Assembly (NCBI GenBank): GCA_030390025.1
Contig: CM059443.1
Coordinates: 23,312,001-23,376,000, forward strand
Source of the DNA: Squalus acanthias
Taxonomy: Eukaryota
Direction: 5' to 3'
DNA length: 64,000 nucleotides
The notes below the pieces were generated by a model. It worked only from the letters and a program-made list of their open reading frames with translations, was not told the origin of the DNA and searched no databases. Below, piece by piece: positions 50,791-64,000 of this stretch (the first letter of the stretch is position 1; each line of letters begins with the position of its first letter). The translations under genes were made by a program, and so were the position numbers.

Positions 50791-51599
50791 TCGAGTGTGC
50801 ATGGGTACACTACCATTCTACACCAGTGTGTGTAGCACAACAGAGTTGCACTATTCTTTCCCTACAGTAAGCTTTCAGTCTGTCCATTAAGGATGTGCAA
50901 AGCAGACACAACAAACGAAAGCAAAACAATTGGGAGAATAAATCACTGAGCCATATTTCGAGTAGTAGGATACAGCATTGCAGTCAAAAACCCAAGGAGG
51001 TGGAAGCCTGACTTTTAGCTATGGAGTCGGGAAGTGATTTAAAAGGAACCTGCTTAGCGTCATCAAATTTTAACTATAATTCTCCCTTACAACCCCTTCA
51101 AGTGCCTCTAATCATGCTTCTGCCTCACCCACAGCACAAAACACCACTAGTCAAAAATCACAAACAGCATCCTGCAGAATTCTAACCATGGTTCCCCATT
51201 CCTCATTTTCCTTGACCACTCCACCTTCAACAGACACCATTCCATCCTCCAATATCTCTCCACTGCAGTGCACCTTGGACACCGATGTCTCTGACTCCAC
51301 TCTCACCAAGAGGAACTAAAGTATTACATTGCAGCTGATGGCTTTTCCTCCTCTGCTCGCACACCTACCTCCAGGTGTAATTAACAGTACATCCTTGGCC
51401 ATCTACTTTTCACTACCTGTATGACGCAGTCTGGAAGCAGCATCTACATGCACAATGACAACACTCTGCTCTACCTCACTACCTGCGCCATTGACCTAAA
51501 GATTGTTGCCATGCTCTCAAGCTGCCCGTCTATCAAGATATGAATGAACTAAAACTCTCCAGCTGAAGGCTGGCAAAAATCATTGAATAAAGACTTCAA

Positions 51600-54500
51600 C
51601 TAATTAAATAAACAAAATAAGGCTAGACTAAGATATGGCAGGGCAAGTTGTGTCTGGACTGCAGTATGTGGGAGTTTGTGGACGGAGAGACTGGCCTGAG
51701 CGAACATGTCTGCAGATGTCGTCTCCATCTCGAATCTCTGCAGCTCAGTCATTGAGCTGGAGTGCGAGTTGGAGGCAGTCCGACACATAAGGGAGGGGGA
51801 GGAATTTCTGGACAGTTTTATCCAGAATGCAGTCACACCCCAGAGGAAAATACAGGTTCAGGAAGGGGAGGGTGTGACTGCTAGGGAGCCGGGTAGCGGG
51901 GATTTAGGAGAGGTTGAGAAGGAGGTGCCGCAGACACTGGTCTTGTCCAACAGGTACGAAGTACTCGCTACCATTGAGGACAAGGAGAAAGACTGTGGGA
52001 AGGACAGCCACAATGCAGACCAAGGCACCGTGGCTAAGAAGGCTGTCCAAAGGGGGGGGGGGAGGGAGGGAGAGCAGAATAGAAATGTGGTCGTGATAGG
52101 GGACTCTATAATTAGGGGGATAAATAGCGTCCTCTGCAGCCAAGAACGAGAATTTTAAGAGTGTGTTGTCAGGGGGTAAGGGATATCTCACGGCAGCTGG
52201 AAAGGAACTTGGAAAGGGAGGGGGTAAATCCAGTTGTCGTGGGCCATGTTGGAACAAACGACATAGGTAGGAACAGGGAGGAGGTACTGCTGAAAGAGTA
52301 TCAGGAGTTAGGCTCTAAATTAAAAAGCAGGACCTCGAGGGTAATAATCTCTGGATTATTGCCCGAGCCACGTGGAAATTGGCATAGGAGCAGACAGATC
52401 AGGAGAATGAACACGTGGCTAAAGGGCTGGTGTGGGAAAGAGGGGTTCTTTTTCATGGGACACTGGCACCAGTCCTGGGACAGGCAGGAGCTGCACCGAT
52501 GGGACAGGCTCCACCTGAACCGGGATGGGACCAGTGGCCTAGTGGAAAGGGTAAATAGGGAGGAGGCAAAAGCTTTAAACTAGTAAGATGGGGGGAGGGA
52601 TCTACAAGAAACGTAACCAGCCTAATTATAAAAATAAGAGCATAGGAAGGAATAAAGTAAAGGAGGACATTGATGGCAAGGGAATAAATAGAGTTATAGA
52701 ACAGAGTCCTCAAAGATGGTTAAACATAAAGTGAGAGGAAATCCTATTAAAAAAGAGCTAAACTGTCTGTACAGCAATGCACAGAGTGTCCATAATAAAA
52801 CAGGGGAGCTAGAGGCAATCATGCATTGTGAGGAACCAGACATAGTAGGGATTACTGAGACATGGCTACAGAAAAATCAGGACTGGGAATTATAACATTG
52901 CAGGGTATAACATATATTGGAAAAGATAGAGGGGGGGAAAAGGGAGGTGGAGTAGCTGTACTTATTAGGGATAATAAAGGCAGTAGAAAAAAGTGATGCA
53001 GCTATCAGCAAGACAAAAATAGAATCCATATGGAGAGAGATAAAAGATAACAAAGGATCAATCACACTAATAGGTGTAGTGTACAGACCACTTCATAGTG
53101 GAAGGGAGGTAGAGGAAGAAATATGCAGACAAATTAGTGAAATGAGTATAAAACATAGAACAACAATCATGGGGGATTTCAACTACCCCGATATTAATTG
53201 GACAGAAGAGGAGGTAGGTAAAGGGGATAAGGGAATGGAGTTCCTACAATGTCTACAGGACTCCTTTCTAACCCAATATGTAACAAGCCCAACAAGGGAG
53301 GATTCGCTATTGGATCCAGTAATGGGGAATGAACCAGAGCAGATGAGAGAAGTAAAAGTAGGGGAACATCTAGGCAATAGTGACCATAATATAATACGCT
53401 TTAAGAAGATAATTGAGAAGGACATAAGTATGACAAAAACCAGGGTAATAGATTGGAGAAAAGCTGATTGAGCGGCTGAGAATAGAACTTGCGAAAATAA
53501 AATGGGCAACAATATTGGCAAACAACGATGTAGAACTTCAATGGGAAACATTTAAAACGGTGTTCAAAAGAGTCTAGGAAAATATATTCCGCTAAAAGGA
53601 AAGAACAAACTAAACACTAATGAGATTCCATGGATGAAGTCATAAGGGAACAATTGAGGGTAAGGAAAGAGGCACACATTAAGTACATAGACAGCAGCAG
53701 AGTGCATGATAAGGGAGAATACGAAGAGATTAGGAGAGAAATAAAAAAAAACAATTAGGAAGGCAAAGAGGAACTATGAAATTAAATTATCAAGGAACAT
53801 AAAACAAAATAGTAAAATATTTTAACGGCACATCAATAAAAATAGGAAGGTTAGGATGGGAATCGGGCCATTAGGGGATAAACAGCTAACGATAGAGAGA
53901 TGGCAGAAATACTAAATAATTATTTTGCTTCAGAATTTACCAGGGAGATAGAACAGGTGGACATGACATTGGATGATGAGATTAGTAATGAGATAAGTGC
54001 ATTTAATATAAAAAGAGGGGATATATTAAATAAACTAATCAAACTCAAAGAGGATAAAAAACCCTGGATTGCATCCACACATTTTAAAAGAATCTAGGGA
54101 AGAGATAGCAGAGGCATTACTACACATACTTAATAATTAGTTAGAAAAAGGTGTAGTGCCAGAGGACTGGCGGATAGCTAACTTAATACCTATATTTAAG
54201 GGGGATAGAACATGTCCAGGGAATTATAGACCAGTCAGCTTAACATCAGTGGTAGGAAAAATAATGGAATCCCTACTAAAGGAGAAAATAGAACATCTAG
54301 AAACCAAAAACATAGTAATGAATCATCAGCATGGATTTCAAAAGGGAAAGTCTTGCATGACCAACTTCACTGAATTTTTTGAAGAGGTAACAGAGAGAGT
54401 AGACAATGGTAATGCAGAAGATGTAACTTATCTAGATTTTCAAAAGGCCTTCGATAAGGTACCCCATAATAGACTGATGAACAAGGTCAGAGAATGCGGA

Positions 54501-55700
54501 GTCAGAGGACAAGTAGCAGAATGGATAGCTAGCTGGCTTCAAGACAGAAAGCATGGAGTAGGGGTAAAAGGTAGCTATTCACAGTGGCAGAAGGTGGGTG
54601 GTGGTGTTGCACAAGCATCAGTGCTGGGACCACTGTTGTTCACAACTTACATTAACGATTTAGACTTTGGAATCAAAAACACAATTTCAAAATTTGCGGA
54701 TGACAATTGTGGAGGGGGGCGGGAGATAGTCAATACTGAGGAAGACTAACAAATTACAGGAGGACATTAATAAACTTGCAGAATGGGCATATAATTGGCA
54801 AATGAAGTTCAACACAGATAAATGTGAGGTATTACATTTTGGTAGGAAGAATAGGGAAGTTGATTACTTGGAGGGTGCGAGTCTAGGTGGGCGAGAAGAA
54901 CAAAGGGATCTCGGAGTACAAATACACAAATCACTAAAAGTTGCGACACAGGTTAGCAAGGCCATAAAAAAAGCAAAAGTGAAAAGTCACACAACACCAG
55001 GTTATAGTCCAACAGTTTTATTTGAAATCACAAGCTTTCGGAGCTGCTGCCCCTTCGTCAGGTGAAGTGAAGGAATACAAATCGGCACCTGACGAAGGGG
55101 CAGCAGCTCCGAAAGCTTGTGATTTCAAATAAAACTGTTGGACTATAACCTGGTGTTCTGCGACTTTTCACTTTTGTCCACCCCAGTCCAACGCTGGCAT
55201 CTCCGCATCATAAAAAAAGCAAACTAAGCACTGGGGTTTATTTCTAGAGGTACAGAATCGAAAAGTAGGGAAGTTATGCTAAACCTGTATCGAACCTTGG
55301 TTAGATATTGCACACAGTTCTGGTCGCCATATTATAAAAAGGATAGAGGCGCACTGGAGAGGGTGCAGAGAATATTTACAAGGATACCACCAGAAATGCG
55401 AGGGTATACATATCAGGAAAGGATGAACAGGCTGGGTCTCTTTTCTCTTGAAAAAAGGCTGAGGGGTGACCTAATTGAGGTCTATCCTAATTGAGGTCTT
55501 TAAAATTATGAAAAGTTTTGATAGAGTGGATACAGAGAGAATGTTTCTGCTTGTGGGGAAGAGCATAACTAGAGGCCATCAATATAAGATAGTCATCAAG
55601 AAATCCAATAGGGAATTCAGAAGAAACTTCTTTACCCAAAGAGTGGCGAGAATGTGGAACTCGCTACCACAGGGAGTGGTTGAAGCACAAAGTATAGATA
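51600..55700 (+). mobile_element. Near full-length decayed CR1 LINE: ORF1 (SGNH esterase type) + ORF2 (APE endonuclease + RT)
   Basis: ORF1: LSNRYEVL, VVVIGDSIIRG, HVGTNDI, DRLHLN. ORF2: YSNAQS, GITETWL, MGDFNYP, SDHNII, NYRPVSLTS, DFQKAFDKVPH, KFADD. Several stops and frameshifts; 3' UTR missing. Confidence 0.94.
54978..55208. mobile_element. Small fold-back Penelope-derived element with 15-bp TSD and two hammerhead cores
   Basis: TSD CATAAAAAAAGCAAA at 54963-54977 and 55209-55223; 91-bp inverted arms; CTGACGA-aggggcagcagctcc-GAAAGCTT at 55089 (+) and mirrored at 55036-55061 (-). Confidence 0.85.
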
Positions 55701-58335
55701 GCCTGTTTCTGTGCCATATATCCTATGTAAAAACTGAAGTCATGCTCTTCATCTCCCATCAATGCCTCCAGCTTCAAGTCCATCAACCCAGCCAGCTGCG
55801 ACAAGTGCGGACCCGACATCTGGCTCAACCAGCACTTCCAGCTCTGCAACATTATCCACCTGTACCCCATTCTCTCCCCTTCAAAAGTCCATGCCTTCAT
55901 CACCTCAAAGCTGAATTTCTCCAAAGCCATTCTAGCTGGTCTCCCAGCATTAATCCTCCACAAGAGCCAACTCATGCCAACAACTGCATCCTGTACATTC
56001 ATCCACATTAACTCCCGCATTCCCAGAATCCCCATCCTTTCTAACTCCACTGGCTAAGTGCTGCAAGTGTTCCCATTTCAAAATTTTAATGCTTCTCGAG
56101 TCCCTGCATGGTCTCACCACCCACCCCACCCACCTTGGTGCTGCCCCACTGCCTTGCAACTATACCTCTGCTCCAACACTGAACTTCTGCTTGTTCCTGA
56201 ATCCCTCCGCTCCACCATCAGCAGCAACTCACTCAGCCACTATGTCCCATAGAATTTTCTGTTCTGTTCCATGTGCCTTGCCACCTTTCAACAAGCTCCT
56301 CAAAACCTTCCTGTTGAACTGTGCTTTTGGTGTCCCATTCTAGGCTCTTCATTTCACACTTCTTGAATAAAGTTGAAGGTGAAAAGAGAGCAACATAAAA
56401 AGCATTCAATCCTTGCCTTATTTAGTTGGATGTAATAGAGTCTAAAATAAAAACAATTTTACCAGCAGCATCCCATGTGGTTGGCCTACACAGAACGTCT
56501 ATACTTTTGACTTGTAGACTGCAATCTTCAGCCAAGATCAATGAAGGTGGCTCAGCTTCAAGGGTCTATCCGCTGATTTTGCCGTAACAGAGACCTGTCA
56601 CATCGCATCAGTTTCTGGTTAATAATGTGTAAGGAGTCTGATGGATTTTACATCTGCCAGCTCTTTCCACATAATTTTAAAGCAACACAAAAGCAAAAGG
56701 CCTAACTGGCTTCATCTATGTCAATGGTATCATTTCTAAAAATTGCACTCAAACTCAGTTTTGCTAAGATAATATGGGGTAAGCCTCATCAGTAGCATCC
56801 CCAGTACAGAACTTCATGCAACAGGAACCCACATCAAAATTTGGGCCTGTAGGTCAGCACACCCAATATTTACAGCCTGCACTATTTTCAGTCCATTAAT
56901 TTTGACAGAATATTGTGTGGTCTGCCAATCGGGCATGCTGACCACTGCATATTTCCAAATAGAATGTTTAATTCACTAGGTTCCCATCAATCTGCTGTCA
57001 AAGTGGCAAAAGCGTTACAATCAGAATCTGTAGGCCATTGTTATTAGTCCTTATAAATGCCAGTGGCTTAAATGTTGACCGTTTACTTGGCTAGTGAGAT
57101 TTTTTTCCACTTTGACAAGTATACCTGCAGCATTATTTCAACTTACGAGATGTTTCCATGTTAAGTGTTAATAAAATTTGCGAATTTAAAAATTATTCAG
57201 TTTACTGGCATTTTTCCAAACAAGCTTGACAAGAAAGCTAGCTTTTAATTTGCATCTTTGGCTTCTTTCAAGTAATTTCCTAGTATTTAAGGAGTAACTA
57301 TCGAACTCAGCAATTTACAGCAGCTGTTCAAGATTTCACACACTTACTGCACAATGACAAACGGCAAGGTTTTAATTCTACTTTATAACCTTGCTCAGGA
57401 CAATTTGTGCACAAGTATACTTGATGATCTCTCACATCTATGTATTCCTGTAGTTTTCAGAGTGCCCAGTTCTTGTCCCATGGTTGGGCAAAATAAGGAT
57501 CACTGCCCATACTCCAAAGACCTACTCCAGCACCTTTGGAAACCAAAGTTGCATCATGAAATACCTGCAATCAGATTTGCCTGCAAGTAATCCAAGATGC
57601 CCTTTGGAAACATCCAAATGGGCTGCAAGTCATAACAGGTGGAGGTAATGTGGCCACATGAATGCCAATGAACAGAAACTACGAAGTAGTTGGAGTTCTC
57701 CAACATGATAATGTAAGGTTTAAGATTGGCTTGATTACTGAATTTCCTCAAACATATCAAGTAGGAGACTGTTAAACAGCAAAGATGATACAATAAACTA
57801 AAGATTCCAGGGTTACTCATGCAGGTCTATCATCCAAACATATCCACCTTATAAGTGATCTATCATAGTCGAAATGCAAAATGACAGGATTTATATACCA
57901 TCTGGATAGCAACTACTGTGCTTATAAAAATAGAAAGAATCATTCTTGATTTTTTAATACCATTGAATTGAAGTTTCAAATGATTATCTAAGCTGCATGT
58001 CTGTATTGCCATTTCAATAACTATGTCAAATAACTTGGGTATTGAATCAAGAATTGGACCTGACAATTGTCTCAGTGAAAACAATAATGAATCAAGCCTC
58101 AGAACTTGACATTTTGGCAGTTGAGGCTAACTTAAAAATATTAAAACAGCAGTAAGTAGCAAACAGAAAACAATAGCAGTAATTAAGTTAGAAAGAACAG
58201 TGTTGGAGACTTGTAGGCTGCTTAGAGACTACAGCAGAAAGAATCAAAATTAAATTTACATAAATGGAGAGCAGAGAATAGCCATCAACTTACACACAGA
58301 TAGGTAGACAAACACCAAAATGCAGCAGTACTCAC

Positions 58336-58449
58336 CTAGCAGCTTCTGTAGTGCAGGTGGTGTAGGACCCAGTAAAAATTGATTGGGTGAATAGCGTTGC
58401 ACTTTGGGAGGTAGTTGGTAAAATGGACTATGAGGTGACTTGTATGCAT
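58336..58449 (-). CDS. DOT1L: DOT1L exon (~exon 15)
   Basis: 114 nt, cag|AT...CTAG|gtgag; DAYKSPHSPFYQLPPKVQRYSPNQFLLGPTPPALQKLL. Confidence 0.95.
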   Translation of the reverse strand: MHTSHLIVHFTNYLPKCNAIHPINFYWVLHHLHYRSC

Positions 58450-59549
58450 CTGAAAATTGAAAGCAATACACTGGAAGTTTTCCCAAACTATCAGTTTATA
58501 ATCATCAGTTACAATTAACTCCAGGTGATATAGCTTATGGCAACACCCAAAATCATTCAGGCTTCAATACAAATAGTTCAACGAAATCATCCAACATTCC
58601 CAAACATAGTTACAAAGCTGGAGAAGCACATCGATATGATGTATGCCGGCAAAGCCAAATTAGTATTGAACCCCATCCGTTGCAATTAAAAACCCAAATT
58701 AGAACACTTGAAACAAGGCTGACATAGTAATGTAAAAGTACAAACTTTAATGGCAATTATTTTTTGTGCCAACGTATTTTTTTAAAATAGGATGCAGCCA
58801 TGAGTAACAGAATTGTACAATCAAAATTTTGAGGCGTCTATTGCCAACTACAGTATTATGCTTCCAGATTTGCTTTATTCTATGCCAGGTTTAGACACAT
58901 TGATTATATTATTCACCAGTAACTGATCAGCAAACTAAAAATAAAATCAGCAGTTATTTTCTCCCCCCCACAAGCAGCCAACTCAATCCCACATTACGAC
59001 AAGGAAGTCCTTGCAAGTTGACACCGACAATCTGCACATATTTGTAGGTGAGGGAATGGGTGTTTGAATGTGAATTTGTATAAAACAGGCACTTTCAGGA
59101 TCACAGAATAAATCAGTGCTCAGATTAAATTTAGCTCAATGTCCATTTGGTAAGTAAAAGTAAACTTCAGTTCATCCTTTTTCAAAATTTACCCATCACA
59201 GACTTTTTTTTTCCCCCCCAAGAATTAGTGGGATAATTTGTATAATAGCTACCAAGGCATTTAGCTCACTTTTACAATGCACTATTCAAAGATCTGTTCA
59301 CCATTGGAAATTAAGAGGAACTTTCAGTGCCTCCACAAATGAAGCATCATACTACTGAACTCGGAGACCAAAATATTTACCTGTAACTTTCCAATAGCTT
59401 ATTATGAACTGCAAATTTTGCAGTGTATTTGGTTTAAAAGAACACCAATACAGTAAGTAACCCCATTCTATACTTGAAACCTTTTTTGGCGACTGTTTAA
59501 ATTAGGGAATGCAACTGAAAATACAGTATACAACAAGGGTGAGTGGAGA

Positions 59550-60253
<704 letters not shown>

Positions 60254-60979
60254 TCACAATTACTGGAGTACAAACAAAACACATTATCCCTTCATCGATA
60301 ACTCAGAAAACTGAAACCCTGACATACTTTTGAATTTCCTAGCAAAAAATGCAAGTTTTCCCCTACCATATTCTATATATTTTCTAAGATTCTAACAATT
60401 ATAATCACTGACCCAGCACTTGAAAGGAGTACTTCAGGAAAGGCTCAAAGATATTGTACTTAATTTACTCTAATATCCACGAATGCCTTCACTAAAATAA
60501 CTAGGCAGCATGAGCGCCGGGCAGAGCAAGCAATCGAACACCAAACAGATAGCAAACAGGAGGAATTTGAGGACATAAAAGGGAAAATACCAAAGAGTAG
60601 TGCAAGAGAGAAATACTGCTCAAGTCATCACTAAAATTCTAAAATGTTAGAAAAGCTTTTCATAGACATCTAATGACTAAACCAGACAGTGAGAGAAATA
60701 CCAGAGAATTAAATTCAGAAAAATAAAAAAGCAAAATTCATCTGTGAACTGCAGTTCGAATCAAGTATTCAGTCAGCCATGATGTACACATCAACAGCAG
60801 TGTCAGACATCTGACAGAAAAAGTATGACGTAGTTCCAACACAATATAAATCACAAAGGGACAATTATATGCTCAGTGATGAACGACAAGGTACAACTAC
60901 CCAAATAGCTTTCTGCAATGGCTCTAATAGGTACACTGTCAAAAAACTTATTTCATTCAAATTGAACACTCCACATTAC

Positions 60980-61057
60980 CTTGGTTGGAGTTGTCGTACT
61001 ACTCTTATTTTCTTTGTTTTCCTTTTGTTGTCTACGTCTAGCTGCCTCTTGTTCCTC
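60980..61057 (-). CDS. DOT1L: DOT1L exon (~exon 13)
   Basis: 78 nt, cag|GAGGAA...ACCAAG|gtaatg; EEQEAARRRQQKENKENKSSTTTPTK. Reading past the donor hits a stop after 8 codons. Confidence 0.9.
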
Positions 61058-61270
61058 CTGTAACAAATTATGAAACAACTTTCATTCAGAATGTGGGGGG
61101 GGGGGAAGAAAAATAGATTTGCATTATACTGCACATTTTCAAATGTTTATACTTCTAGTGTCCAGAGATAGAAACAAACATGTTGGATTAAGAGTAACCT
61201 TCTTTGACCTCAAATTCATGAGCATTCAATACTGACTGCAATAATTTTAAGCAGCAAAAGACAAACTTAC

Positions 61271-61312
61271 CCTGAGTTTTGGATTTTTGAGACTAGAAAA
61301 GTAGTTTTCAAG
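61271..61312 (-). CDS. DOT1L: DOT1L exon (~exon 12)
   Basis: 42 nt, cag|CTTGAA...CTCAGG|gtaag; LENYFSSLKNPKLR. Confidence 0.96.
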
Positions 61313-61346
61313 CTGAAATGAAAAAAACACAAATGTTTTGCTTTAA

Positions 61347-62320
61347 GAACATAAGAAATAGGAGGAGTAGGCCATACGGCCAACGAGCCTTCTCTGCCAT
61401 TCAATAAGATCATGGTTGAATTTCTACATCAACTCCACTTTCCCATTCTATCCCCATATCCCTTGATTCCCCAAGAGTCCAAAAGTCTATCGATCTTTGT
61501 CTTTAACATACTCAGCGACTGAGCATCCACAGCCCTCTGGGGTAGAGAATTCCAAAGATTCACAACCGAGTGAAGAAATTGCTCCTCATCTCAGTCTTAA
61601 ATGGCTGACCCCTTATCCTGAGACCAATGTTCCCTCTAATTTTGATTGGCGCCGCGCAGGCCATTCAAAATACCGCAGCCGCACAGCTTACAGGGAAGCA
61701 TTGCCCGAGACTATGCCCCCTAGTTTCACAGATTCATAGAAACTCATTCGGCCCGTCGTGCCTGTGCTGGTTCTTTGAAAGAGCAGTCGTGTTTAGTCCC
61801 ACATCCCCGCTTTTTGTCCGTAACCCTGTAAGATGATCATCCTTAAGTACCTATCCAACTCAGTTTAAAAATTGGCTCCAGACTCTCCAGCCAGGCGAAA
61901 CAGCCTCTCAGCATCTACCCAGTCACGCCCTCTCAGAGTCATGTATGTTTCAATGAGATCACCTCTCATTCTTCTAAACTCAGAGTATAGGCCCATTCTA
62001 CTCAATCTCTCCTCATAGGAAAACCTTCTCATCCCAGGAATCAATTTAGTGAACCTTCGTGGCACGGTCTCCAAGACAAGTATATCCTTCCTTAGGTACA
62101 GAGACCAAAACTGTACACAGTACTTCAGGTGTGGTCTCCCCAAATCCCGATATAATTGCAGCAAGACTTCCTTACTCAACCCCCTTGCAATAAAGGCCAA
62201 CACACTATTTGCCTTCCTAATTGCTTGCTGTACCTGCATGTTAACTTGCTGTGTTTCATGTACAAGAACACTCAAATCTCTCTGAACATCGACATTTAAT
62301 AGTTTATCATTTAAAAAACA
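61347..62320 (-). mobile_element. CR1 3' portion with two nested insertions
   Basis: QRDLSVLVHE...RPHLKYCVQFW...RGDLIE; 3' UTR interrupted at 61625-61703 and ~61727-61870. Confidence 0.9.
61625..61703. mobile_element. 79-bp hAT-type MITE
   Basis: TIRs CAATGTTCCCTCTAA / TTACAGGGAAGCATTG; 8-bp TSD CCTGAGAC / CCCGAGAC. Confidence 0.8.
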
Positions 62321-62837
62321 TTCTGGTTGTGCCTCAAAAATACACAAGTTGATTGCCAATTAGATCATTAGCCCACCCAAATCTCCCACAACCAGCCCAG
62401 CTCAGCCAAGCCCAGCTGGGGCTACCACCTTGAGAGTCTCCCCAGTACCTGCACAATAGAAACAAGGATCTGTCTTTGATCCAGCCCAACAAAATCTCCC
62501 AGCCTACATCAAACAGGGTTGAGACAATTCCTTCAGCAGAAATGACAAATTAAGAGTTGTAACTAAGCATAGAGCTAACAGCATACACAGAAAAAAAAAG
62601 TATTTGTGGGAAATAGCAAATTGCACAGAATTCTGGAAGTAAAACACAACTTTAAGAAATTGAAAAAGTTACGGCCAGCTTTTTAACAATATTTTGCCTC
62701 CTGCAGCACATTTCTCACCAACATTAAAAAAAATGCAATTTCAATGGTCATCACACAAAACCATTAAAACTTGAGTGAAAATCACTAACACCACTCCACC
62801 CCTCCCCACAGCAACTGACACACATTCCCAGCAACTA

Positions 62838-62999
<162 letters not shown>

Positions 63000-63489
63000 T
63001 CATAAAAGATTATATTACACAAACGTTTTAACATCCAAGTTTCAAATAATGAGTGCTGACTAGAATGCATTTCCAAATATCAGCACACAATTACTAGCAA
63101 TCAACTTTTATAAGCTCCTCAATGCAACAAATCCCAATTGCATTGGATCAATCAGATCAAAGATTTCCCAACAGTGTGCATAGTTTCTTCAAAAGAAAAT
63201 TCAGAAACAGGCAAAAATTTACATCTACAACAATATTTATACTGGGAAAAAAATCAACGATCTCAAGGCATGTAGCATAAAAGATCAGACTTCCAAAATT
63301 CTCCAAAATGTATCTGTTTCAAAATATTTGACTTTTCAATTTCAGTGTGTAGCAAAATTTTTCCATTTAATCACAGTTTCTGTATTTATGTTGAGGTTGG
63401 TGTTTCTAAGAGAAAGTAGTGTTTTATTTTATACATTTAAAATTTAAATATTTTACAGCCATATGCTCCTGCTAACAAAAAACTGTGCC

Positions 63490-63875
63490 AAAAACTCATC
63501 CTAAACTACATTGTCTGCTTTCTGTCCCATACCAAATCCTGTCTGCTCATAACCTCTATCCTTGCCAACCTCCACCAACTCCCTGTCCCACAATGCATGT
63601 TCCCTTGCCCTTCCAATCTCCTGTGCCTTCCTCCCCCTCCCACCACATTGATGGCCAAGCTTTCAAACATATTGATCCTATTCTCTAGGCCTCCTTCCCT
63701 AAACCTCTCTACTATTTCCATGTCTTTAAAAGCCTCCTGCGTACCTATATCTCTGACCATGTTGTCAGTCACCTCTTCCAATTCAATTATTGCTCTGCAT
63801 CAGAATCTGCTTTCTGAAGCACCCTAGGATGTTCCCTACATTAAAAGGCATTATACAAATACCAGCTGTTGCTGC
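63490..63875 (+). mobile_element. Decayed L2 3' end / L2-tailed SINE
   Basis: gaagcaccctaggatgtt...tacattaaaaggcattatacaaat tail resembles the reverse complement of the SINE tails at 608 and 2199. Confidence 0.55.
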
Positions 63876-64000
63876 CAACTATACCAAAACAGTCACTTCT
63901 CAAAAACGTGAGCAATTTCCTGCTCAATCTTTCTTGATTTCCTGTAGCAATGCACCATCATAATGTTGGTGCAGGACTGGCAGCAACCAAACAGCAATGT

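Larger units (their letters stand above)
51100..56340 (+). mobile_element. Decayed L2 LINE split by a CR1 insertion (pieces ~51100-51580 and ~55730-56340)
   Basis: Left piece ends near the L2 LQLN motif (ctccagctgaag); right piece resumes at KTEVMLF and continues with ctccactggct-type 3' motifs. Confidence 0.6.

Overview
Eukaryotic genomic DNA, most likely from a cartilaginous fish (inferred from the CR1/L2/Penelope/SacSINE1-like repeat landscape). The window holds the 3' ~80% of the histone H3K79 methyltransferase gene DOT1L on the minus strand. I traced 17 consecutive GT-AG coding exons by hand (equivalent to human exons 11-27, numbering recalled from memory, all phases compatible). They are followed by two alternative ends: a 616-nt exon encoding the long Pro/Ser-rich C-terminus (...SGVKPR*) and a terminal exon encoding the short ...GGN* end, then a TE-free ~4.4 kb putative 3' UTR. 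Introns are filled with decayed CR1 and L2 LINEs (one near full-length CR1), a Vingi/Ingi-like RT fragment, SINEs, MITEs and two inverted-repeat Penelope-derived elements carrying hammerhead ribozyme cores. I see no convincing wholly new biological system. The best leads are (i) a splice-dependent C-terminal switch that also repositions a let-7 8mer relative to the stop codon, (ii) fold-back hammerhead-bearing Penelope elements in the pre-mRNA and (iii) an intronic pre-miRNA-like hairpin. All comparisons with human are from memory, not from alignments.
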